Source: a virus. Taken from it: a stretch of DNA of 64,000 bases. The stretch is taken from the IMG/VR virus record IMGVR_UViG_3300017788_000011, positions 67,486 through 131,485 of that record. One strand, written 5' to 3'. How positions within the stretch are numbered: position 1 is the stretch's first letter; the number at the start of each line of letters is the position of its first letter. This document shows, piece by piece, positions 9,705 through 17,067 of the stretch. The translations under genes were made by a program, and so were the position numbers. The notes below the pieces were generated by a model. It ran no database searches, was not told the DNA's origin, and was given only the letters and a program-made list of their open reading frames with translations.

Positions 9705-10096
9705 CAACGTGGTTTGGTCGGGGTAGCTCGACTCACCTTGAGGCAGCCGAGGTAAGGCTCGTAGCCGTCAGATACTGGTGTGTTGCACGGAAGAAGTTAA
9801 CGTAAGGCTTCAAAAGATTGGGCTCTGTGAAAAAGATACAACCCATGGGTAAGTAGTTTCGCTTGATAGGGACTGTCTGCCTTCCGCGACTATTCGCGAA
9901 TCTGGAGTAGGGGGTTTCAGGGTTGCCGCCTCCGCACGTAGCACATTTTATACAATATCGTTGAGTATTGTACAGAATATGTTACATAATCTCCTTTATC
10001 AAGAGTGGCTGTTGTACTCGGATAATGCCATTTATTTGCCCGGAAACGGGCGAATTGTGACCATAATATCTGGATAATCTTAAAGTGCTTCGCACT
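9704..10096 (+). ncRNA. Candidate large structured non-coding RNA (family not recognised)
   Basis: No ORF in track; more GC-rich than other intergenic DNA; about ten stems found by eye, many with G-U pairs: 9704-9710/9780-9786, 9717-9732, 9742-9766, 9793-9811, 9819-9845, 9862-9871/9994-10003, 9885-9898, 9910-9933, 9938-9985, 10006-10030, 10034-10055 (GAAA loop), 10084-10096. Strand inferred from G-U orientation and upstream genes. Confidence 0.6.
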
Positions 10097-10122
10097 AAAA
10101 ATAAATCAAAGAAAAGAAAAAA

Positions 10123-10166
10123 TGTGTTTGAGCGCAAGCGAAAACACAGACGAACGTAGTTCGTCT
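10123..10166. other. Tandem hairpins, possible origin/primase-signal element
   Basis: TGTGTTT-GAGCGCAAGCGA-AAACACA followed by perfect AGACGAAC-GTA-GTTCGTCT, after an A-rich tract (10097-10122). Confidence 0.4.
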
Positions 10167-10171
10167 TCCGA

Positions 10172-10177
10172 TAAATA
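10172..10177 (+). promoter_or_regulatory. Late promoter TAAATA
   Basis: Hexamer 25 nt upstream of ATG 10203. Confidence 0.55.
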
Positions 10178-10202
10178 TCATATCAACAAAAAGATTTCAA
10201 CT

Positions 10203-11177
10203 ATGCTACTTAGAGAATTATTCGAAGCACCAGGCGTAATATTAGGTCCTGATGGAAAACCTTTTGACACAGATAATCAAAAGCCTATATCAAAGCCTAC
10301 TTCTGATCCCAAAGAATTAGAAAAGCAGGTGTTAGAAAAAAACAAAACATCTGGTTTTGCCAAGGCAAAATCAATAGGTGGCACCATGGGTGCTGGCATG
10401 TCATGGCTCAGCAGAGCAGGGCTGGCTGTGTTATTTTACGATTATTGGACCACAGTCAGTGCCGCAGAAGAATCTCTAAAAAATAATGAAATCACTCAAC
10501 AAAACTTCGATGCCATACGTCAGTGGAAAATTGGCGAGCTAATATTAGCATTCTCTTCAAAATATCTTGTAAAGATTCCCGCCAATTTGTTTTTTAACTT
10601 ACCAATAAAAACCGCAGGATTAGCAGTCAAAGGCAGTGCTGCCGTAATAGCCACAGCACCCAGTTTAATATCTGCAACTGCCACAGGCACTGGCAAAGGT
10701 CTGGGACTAATTGGGAAAATATTTGGAAAAACTCGCGTAGGTCGAGGACTACAAGTTGTAGGCAAGGGAGCAGAAAAAACCGGCGAATGGTTGGGCATAG
10801 GTGGTAATAAAATTAAGTTAGCCGGGGATCGAGCATTTACCATAGCACAGAGCGGGGATGTTCTTGTTGATTTTGCCTCTGAAAGTTTTAGAGCTTGGCT
10901 TACTATTGTGATACAAACTGATGCAGGTAAAAAGTTCTTCTCTGAAACATTGCCTGAAGTAATACAGTATCCAGGTAGATGGTATGAAATATTTGAAACT
11001 ATTGCTGTTAATCTTTTTGACATATATGTCAAAGACAGTGTAGAACAAGATAAAAAAGAATCTGCGGCAAAACCAGAAGCAGAACCAGGAAAGCCAGCAT
11101 CGCCGCCAGCCAAAGATTCTGGAGTTACAAACTTGCCAGGTGTTCCTGGAGATTTTACTGGAACAATTAAGTTTTAA
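10203..11177 (+). CDS. Hypothetical protein, possible head-internal/ejection protein
   Basis: Start re-called to 10203 (MLLRELFE), downstream of TAAATA; track start 10122 runs through hairpins. Hydrophobic and Gly-rich segments. Confidence 0.6.
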   Translation: MLLRELFEAPGVILGPDGKPFDTDNQKPISKPTSDPKELEKQVLEKNKTSGFAKAKSIGGTMGAGMSWLSRAGLAVLFYDYWTTVSAAEESLKNNEITQQNFDAIRQWKIGELILAFSSKYLVKIPANLFFNLPIKTAGLAVKGSAAVIATAPSLISATATGTGKGLGLIGKIFGKTRVGRGLQVVGKGAEKTGEWLGIGGNKIKLAGDRAFTIAQSGDVLVDFASESFRAWLTIVIQTDAGKKFFSETLPEVIQYPGRWYEIFETIAVNLFDIYVKDSVEQDKKESAAKPEAEPGKPASPPAKDSGVTNLPGVPGDFTGTIKF

Positions 11178-11398
11178 ATTACATTAAGACCTGTTTTTTG
11201 TGTGGTCTTGATGTTGTCTTCTACAATCTTGCTCATGATTTCTCTGTCTTCGGGACCAAGATTGTACAGCAGATCGCTGACTGAAACTCCGCCTCGCATG
11301 TACCAGCACAGTCTATAAATGTCGTCTCGCAACCTTTTAGACTCGAGTTCAAGATCTTTTACATACTGTATGATCTCAGACTCGTCGAGTGTGATCAT
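11174..11398 (-). CDS. gp51-like baseplate hub/tail assembly chaperone (possibly the -1 frameshift extension of gp26)
   Basis: Short ORF (IYRLCWYMRGGVS...L.PEDRE) overlapping gp26 stop by ATGA. Confidence 0.6.
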   Translation of the reverse strand: MITLDESEIIQYVKDLELESKRLRDDIYRLCWYMRGGVSVSDLLYNLGPEDREIMSKIVEDNIKTTQKTGLNVI

Positions 11399-12216
11399 GC
11401 GCTCACGAAAAAATCCGATTGGTCAAACGTGATGTTTAGTTTATACTCTTTGGCGCATTCACTACAACTGACCTGTTGTGCAGGTATTTTCCAAAGTTCA
11501 TTTTGTTTTTCAATGTGAGATTTAATAGTCGAATAGACTAAGAGATCACTGTTTTTAATAAAATCAATAATGGCCTGTTTGTCTGATTCTGACTCGCCTT
11601 CACCTTCTACATAGTCAATTATGCTGACCACTGTTTTACTCTGTAAATTGGCTAATTTTTTAAACTGTTCTGTGATAAATTTGTCTTTGTCTTCTTCAGT
11701 CATACCTGTCAAGTCAGCAGCCAACTGTTTTCTATACACGTACTGTTCTTGATTAAATTTGGTAGATGTTTCGTAGTCTAAAGGTTTTAAGTGAAATGTT
11801 AACTCGTTGATTTTCACAGTGTCTTGCCACTCAAGATTATTATAGTGTTCTAACATTTTTGTAAGACTACAACTGTGATCATTGTCTGTGCCGCAGTGTG
11901 GGCACTTAGAGCTCATGGTAATTTCCTCACCGTAACTGGCTATTCGCATGGCAATTAAGCAAACGTCTATGTCAATGGTAGGCAGTTTTTTTGGATCTTT
12001 AATTGTAGGAATACAACTTTTGATCACGTCTGCGGTGGCTGTGCCATTGAACAGTGCATCAGGAGTCTTTAAGGTTAACTCGTCAAAACCACTCATGGAA
12101 AACACAGGTATATCTGTAAAAGATCCCTGTAGATTATCCTGAGGCTGATACTTGCCCTGACTGGGCAGAGTAATATAGATTTTTGGTAATCGTTGATATT
12201 TTTGTAAAAAGCTCAT
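11395..12216 (-). CDS. gp26: Baseplate hub assembly protein gp26-like
   Basis: YITLPSQG, DIDVCLIAMRIASYGE, CPHC and CSEC zinc pairs, ends DFF. Confidence 0.75.
   Translation of the reverse strand: MSFLQKYQRLPKIYITLPSQGKYQPQDNLQGSFTDIPVFSMSGFDELTLKTPDALFNGTATADVIKSCIPTIKDPKKLPTIDIDVCLIAMRIASYGEEITMSSKCPHCGTDNDHSCSLTKMLEHYNNLEWQDTVKINELTFHLKPLDYETSTKFNQEQYVYRKQLAADLTGMTEEDKDKFITEQFKKLANLQSKTVVSIIDYVEGEGESESDKQAIIDFIKNSDLLVYSTIKSHIEKQNELWKIPAQQVSCSECAKEYKLNITFDQSDFFVSA
11407..11413 (-). promoter_or_regulatory. Candidate -1 ribosomal frameshift heptamer T TTT TTC
   Basis: gp26 frame GAT TTT TTC GTG AGC GCA TGA; -1 frame TTT CGT GAG CGC ATG ATC ACA is open and continuous with ORF 11174-11398. 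Confidence 0.65.
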
Positions 12217-12229
12217 AATTTTAATTTGG

Positions 12230-12252
12230 TAAATATATTGTCAGTGTATTTA
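12230..12252. promoter_or_regulatory. Face-to-face pair of TAAATA late promoters (gp26 / tape measure)
   Basis: TAAATA + at 12230-12235 and TAAATA - at 12247-12252 in the 62-nt divergent intergenic gap. Confidence 0.6.
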
Positions 12253-12278
12253 TATACGCATTTTTCTGGGGAAAAACT

Positions 12279-14381
12279 TTGGGTACAGTATATGTAAGAG
12301 GCGGCAAAGATCTTGACGGTGCAACATTTGTTGACGCTGCCTCGGATTCAACATTAAGAGAATTAATCGCCGCAGTCAAAGGTGTGGCTCCTAAAATTGA
12401 CGAAGCCGTAGAAACTAAGACTGACGGAATTGTTACTCCGGTTAAACAGGGCAGTGAGGCGTTGAAAAACGCAGCCAAAAAAGGTGCCAGTACAATCATG
12501 GACCTGGCTCGAGATTTTTCTGCAGGCGGAGTAAAAACCAGCCAATTAACACAAGCACTGGGCGATTTAGTTGATCCCACAGGATTGGCTACTCGAGCAA
12601 TTACCGGAATGTTTGAATACGGTGAAAAAAGTAATGAAGTGCTGAAAGACCTCAGCACAACAGGTATGTCATTTGGCGGCAGTATTGAAGAACTGCGACA
12701 ACAGGCTGCAGGAACAAGACTGAGCTTTCAAGAGTTTCAGCAGGTCATGCGTATTAATCAAGAACAGATAGCCATGATGGGAGCCACTGGTAAAGATGCT
12801 GCCAGAAACTTTACCTCCTTTAGCAAACAGTTCATGGATTCGCCGTTTGCCGGTGAACTGTTAAACATGGGCTACAACTTTGAAGAAATCAACGGTATGC
12901 TGGCCACCTACGGTGCAATGACGGCTACTTCAAATAGAGATCGTCTTGGTGCTGACAGTAATCAAGTACAGGCAGCCATGGCCCTGGCCAAAGAAATGGA
13001 TACCATTTCAAAGCTCACTGGTAAGAACAGAGAAGAACTACAAAAAGAAATGGCCGGCCGGGCAAGAAATGGTCAAGTACAGGCGTTCTTAATGGGACAA
13101 AGTGCAGACGCAGCCACAGCATTTAATACTTCTATGAGCAGTATGGGTGCTACATTAGGCAAAGATTTTGAAAAATTAGCGCAAGATATTATTATTCGTG
13201 GCTTCCCGGCCAAAGACATGGCGGCTATGGCAGCATTATACGGCGATTCTGTGAACAAAATGCAGGAAGCCAAGCAGGCCTACGAACGTGGTGATATGGC
13301 CGGTTACACAAAGTTAATGAATGAAGCACAGGCAGAAGCACAGAAGTTTCAAAGATCCCAAGAAGGCCGACAGTTAGCCATGTTGGGAGATGCTTCTCAA
13401 GTAACTCAAATGGTAGTAAACAATGGTAGTGCCATGGCAGTGTCGTTGGCAAGAATGGAAGAAGCCGCAAAAAAATATCCAGAATTAGCCGGAGACGAAG
13501 TAAAATTAAGAGAAAAAGTTCTGGAAGAAATTAAAGCACAACAGGCACAAGAAGCCGCAGGAGGGGATAAGACCACAGCGGCTCTAAACAAATTAGATCA
13601 AGCCAGTAGAGATGCATCTTTGGCTTTAACCAAAGAATTAATAGTACCACTGTCTCAGTCAGTGGGACCAGCACTGCTCAAAGCCGGTGAAGCATTTGGA
13701 GCGATGACATCCGAAAATGTTGCCAGAGCAAAAACCGAACTTGGAGCAGTTGACAAAATTGTCAATGACTATAAAAAGAAAGCAGAAGCACCTATGGCTC
13801 CGGCAAATAAACCCGCGACTGCGCCAACAACTGCTCCCACTGAGTCTACACCTAAACCCGCGACTGCGCCAGCAACTGCTCCAACAGAGTCTACACCTAA
13901 ACCAAATACGCAACCTTTTGAATACATTCCTGGATCCAAACCGATCAACAGAGAATTTGGTTCATTAGGCATGACCGGTAAACTGTTTGAAGATTTTGGA
14001 CAAGGCACATTAGCCATGTTGCATGGCAAAGAATCTGTGATAACTCCTGGACAACTTTCAGGATTGATCAGTAAAGCCACAGCAAGACCTATGGCTGTGC
14101 CTGAGGGAATGGAATCAATGGTGTCAGGTATGACATCCAAAATGCAGACCATGGCACAGACCATGGAAGCCAAAACACTGTCGATGATGGGCAACCAAAC
14201 TGCTCCAGATGTAACCAAGATGTTTGATCCCAAAGTCATGACTGACATGGTTAGTATGTTAGAACAATTAAATACAAATATGACACGGGTCGCTGAAAAC
14301 ACCGCAGAACAGGTGGGAGTATCAATGAAACAGATTAAAGCAACTCAAGGTCTCAGTGGCGATCTGTTTAAAGGTATATAA
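12279..14381 (+). CDS. Tape measure-like protein (gp29 position), 700 aa
   Basis: Ala/Met/Gln-rich helical sequence, C-terminal GTLAMLHGKESVIT motif seen in tape measures, adjacent to gp26/gp51; TTG start uncertain. Confidence 0.65.
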   Translation: MGTVYVRGGKDLDGATFVDAASDSTLRELIAAVKGVAPKIDEAVETKTDGIVTPVKQGSEALKNAAKKGASTIMDLARDFSAGGVKTSQLTQALGDLVDPTGLATRAITGMFEYGEKSNEVLKDLSTTGMSFGGSIEELRQQAAGTRLSFQEFQQVMRINQEQIAMMGATGKDAARNFTSFSKQFMDSPFAGELLNMGYNFEEINGMLATYGAMTATSNRDRLGADSNQVQAAMALAKEMDTISKLTGKNREELQKEMAGRARNGQVQAFLMGQSADAATAFNTSMSSMGATLGKDFEKLAQDIIIRGFPAKDMAAMAALYGDSVNKMQEAKQAYERGDMAGYTKLMNEAQAEAQKFQRSQEGRQLAMLGDASQVTQMVVNNGSAMAVSLARMEEAAKKYPELAGDEVKLREKVLEEIKAQQAQEAAGGDKTTAALNKLDQASRDASLALTKELIVPLSQSVGPALLKAGEAFGAMTSENVARAKTELGAVDKIVNDYKKKAEAPMAPANKPATAPTTAPTESTPKPATAPATAPTESTPKPNTQPFEYIPGSKPINREFGSLGMTGKLFEDFGQGTLAMLHGKESVITPGQLSGLISKATARPMAVPEGMESMVSGMTSKMQTMAQTMEAKTLSMMGNQTAPDVTKMFDPKVMTDMVSMLEQLNTNMTRVAENTAEQVGVSMKQIKATQGLSGDLFKGI
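13808..13903 (+). repeat. 45-nt tandem repeat (2 copies + start of third) encoding KPATAP(T/A)TAPTESTP
   Basis: TAAACCCGCGACTGCGCC at 13808 and 13853, TAAACC at 13898. Confidence 0.9.
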
Positions 14382-14384
14382 TCT

Positions 14385-16103
14385 ATGAGTTGGAAAAAAT
14401 ACTTTACTCCTGTAAAAGTTTCCTCATCAGAGGGAAACCTAAGTCCAATTTCTGGTTCTGGATCGCCAGGACCTGCCAAACGAAATTACAGTTCATATCT
14501 GCCTGATGTCTACACAGGTTCACCAAACCGTATTGAACGTTATATGCAGTATGATACCATGGACATGGATCCAGAAGTAAATGCTGCCTTGGATATCATT
14601 GCAGAGTTTTCCACACAGAAAAACAAAGAAAACAGCACTCCATTTTCTTTAGAGTTTAAGTCTAAGGCCACTAACAGCGAAATTAAAATTCTCAGAGAAT
14701 ATCTACAGCAGTGGAGTAAACTACAGAATTTTGAAACACGTATTTTTAGAATAGCAAGAAATGTATTCAAATACGGTGATGCATTTTTTGTCAGAGATCC
14801 AGAAACACAAAAGTGGCATTATATTGACTGCGGCAAAGTTACAAAAATCATTGTCAACGAAAGTGAAGGCAAAGAACCTGAACAGTATGTGATCAGAGAT
14901 TTAAGTCCAAACTTTCAAAATCTTGTGGTCACACAGATCAATCCCAACACACAGAATACACAGCCCGGTGGCGCTGCCTATGTGTCAGGAGGCGCAGGCG
15001 CAAGAGGCATGGTTGGAGCATTTCCACAGGTCACTGGCAGTAGATTCAGCACAGAACAAAACGAATTAGCCGTTGACGCCAGACACGTAGTTCATCTAAG
15101 TCTATCAGAAGGACTTGATAACAATTTTCCCTTTGGCAATTCACTGTTAGAATCGGTATTCAAAGTCTACAAGCAGAAAGAACTGCTGGAAGATGCTATT
15201 ATCATTTACCGTGTACAACGTGCTCCAGAGCGTAGAGTATTTTATATTGACGTTGGTAATCTACCCACACACTTGGCCATGAGCTTTGTTGAACGTGTCA
15301 AAACAGAAATACATCAAAGACGTATTCCATCAACCACAGGTGGCGGCACTAATGTAATTGACAGCGCATATAATCCGTTAAGCATTAACGAAGATTATTT
15401 CTTCCCACAGACTGCTGAAGGTCGTGGATCAAAAGTTGACACACTGCCAGGTGGTACTAACCTTGGCGAGATTGACGATTTGCTGTTCTTTACACAGAAA
15501 CTAATGCGTGGTCTACGTATTCCATCAAGTTATCTGCCCACAGGCGCAGAAGATGGTCAGACACAGATGAATGATGGCAGAGTAGGCACAGCATACATTC
15601 AAGAATTTAGATTTAACAACTATTGTATTAGATTACAGAACTTGATAGCAACTAAGTTTGATCAAGAGTTTAAACTGTATCTGCACAGCAAAGGTGTTAA
15701 CATTGACAGCACCTTGTTTGATTTAAAGTTTCAAACTCCTCAAAACTTTGCCGCATATCGTCAAGCAGAAGTTGACAACGCCAGAATTAATACATTTGGC
15801 ACTATGGTGCAACAGCCATTTGTTTCTAAGAGATTTGCATTGAAACGTTTCTTAGGTTTAAGCGCAGAAGAAATTGCAGAGAACGAACGACTATGGGCAG
15901 AAGAAACAGGCAATACACAGCCAACACCCAATGACGCCAGCGGCGAACTGCGTTCAGTTGGTCTAAGTTCTGCTACAATAGAATCAGAACTTGAAGGTGA
16001 AACAGCCACAGAAGCACCACCAGAAGTAGCAGGCGAAGCAGAAGCAGGAGCCGCACCTCCAGGCGCAGAAACACCACCGCCAGCAACACCAGGCGCCGCA
16101 TAA
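14385..16103 (+). CDS. gp20: Portal vertex protein
   Basis: LLEDAIIIYRVQRAPERRVFYIDVGNLP, EDYFFP, GSKVDTLPGG.NLGEIDD: T4 gp20 signatures. Confidence 0.95.
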   Translation: MSWKKYFTPVKVSSSEGNLSPISGSGSPGPAKRNYSSYLPDVYTGSPNRIERYMQYDTMDMDPEVNAALDIIAEFSTQKNKENSTPFSLEFKSKATNSEIKILREYLQQWSKLQNFETRIFRIARNVFKYGDAFFVRDPETQKWHYIDCGKVTKIIVNESEGKEPEQYVIRDLSPNFQNLVVTQINPNTQNTQPGGAAYVSGGAGARGMVGAFPQVTGSRFSTEQNELAVDARHVVHLSLSEGLDNNFPFGNSLLESVFKVYKQKELLEDAIIIYRVQRAPERRVFYIDVGNLPTHLAMSFVERVKTEIHQRRIPSTTGGGTNVIDSAYNPLSINEDYFFPQTAEGRGSKVDTLPGGTNLGEIDDLLFFTQKLMRGLRIPSSYLPTGAEDGQTQMNDGRVGTAYIQEFRFNNYCIRLQNLIATKFDQEFKLYLHSKGVNIDSTLFDLKFQTPQNFAAYRQAEVDNARINTFGTMVQQPFVSKRFALKRFLGLSAEEIAENERLWAEETGNTQPTPNDASGELRSVGLSSATIESELEGETATEAPPEVAGEAEAGAAPPGAETPPPATPGAA

Positions 16104-16111
16104 ATATTTCT

Positions 16112-16351
16112 ATGATCCTAAGAGAACTATTTTATTACGACCCTAACACTCGCACAGAAATGCACAATGCGAGATACTCTCCCGACCGCGATGTAAGTTC
16201 TCTTAAAAAAGGAGACACACGCAAAGTTAGATTAACATTGGGTCAAATTAACGAACTGCGTAAAGCCTCCGATCTTCATATCATTGAACAGGAAAAAGAA
16301 TTAGAGTTTATTAAAAAAATGTATGCTCCCCCTGTTCAACCTGCGGCCTAA
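16112..16351 (+). CDS. Hypothetical protein (head cluster)
   Basis: 79-aa ORF MILRELF...DTRKVRLTLGQINELRK; TAAATA (16101-16106) 5 nt before ATG. Confidence 0.7.
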   Translation: MILRELFYYDPNTRTEMHNARYSPDRDVSSLKKGDTRKVRLTLGQINELRKASDLHIIEQEKELEFIKKMYAPPVQPAA

Positions 16352-16390
16352 TTAAAAAAATAAAAGATAAAATACTCAAAAGGAGTTGTT

Positions 16391-16978
16391 TTGTCACGAG
16401 CATTTGTATTAGGAAACGGCCGTAGTAGACTGAGATTACACATACCAGATATACAGCCTCACGGAAAAATATACGGCTGTAATGCCTTATATAGAGAATA
16501 TTCACCTGACTATTTGATAGCAGTAGATCCTAAAATGATCTATGAAATATGCAAAACAGACTATCAAAGAACACACGCAGTATGGACTAATCCCAACAGT
16601 AGATACAAAGAATTTGAAGGGTTAAATTATTTTCAGCCCAGCAAAGGGTGGAGTTCGGGACCCACAGCACTGCTGTTAGCATCAGAACACAAACACAATG
16701 AAATATACATCTTTGGATTTGATTACACAGGAGTAGATGGTAGAGTTAACAACGTTTATGCAGACACTGACAATTATAAAAAGAGTTCAGAACCAGCAAC
16801 CTATTACGGAAACTGGATGCGTCAAACAGAGACCATTATAAAATCTAATCCTAAAACTAAATACTTTAGAATAGTTGACCAGAAGTACTTTGATACTGGC
16901 TGGGACAAATTATCTAATCTACATGTTGTAACCTATGAGGATTTCTTTACAAGAGTAAAAAATTGGGAGAAATCTTAA
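16391..16978 (+). CDS. MptE/Maf/sialyltransferase-like nucleotide-binding enzyme
   Basis: VLGNGRS, YGCNA, PDYLIAVD, SSG..A, IYIFGFD motifs; AAGGAG before TTG. Confidence 0.6.
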   Translation: MSRAFVLGNGRSRLRLHIPDIQPHGKIYGCNALYREYSPDYLIAVDPKMIYEICKTDYQRTHAVWTNPNSRYKEFEGLNYFQPSKGWSSGPTALLLASEHKHNEIYIFGFDYTGVDGRVNNVYADTDNYKKSSEPATYYGNWMRQTETIIKSNPKTKYFRIVDQKYFDTGWDKLSNLHVVTYEDFFTRVKNWEKS

Positions 16979-16982
16979 AAAG

Positions 16983-16998
16983 AGGCGATTTTTCGCCT
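16983..16998. other. Small intergenic hairpin AGGCGA-TTTT-TCGCCT
   Basis: Perfect 6-bp stem after the 16978 stop and before TAAATA at 17027-17032; no clear U tract. Confidence 0.4.
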
Positions 16999-17067
16999 AT
17001 ATCTACATATATTTTTCCCGTAACATTAAATACATCGACAGCCTTGCCAATTGAAAAGGAGAAAAAC

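Noticed and set aside
9711-9740. tRNA/tmRNA-like GGGGTAGCTCGACTCACC
   Set aside because: Only a partial T-loop resemblance; no cloverleaf, acceptor stem or CCA. No tRNA seen anywhere in the window.
9270-10120. Group I or II intron carrying the GIY-YIG gene
   Set aside because: No interrupted host gene on either side; I could not find group I P7 or group II domain V consensus by eye.
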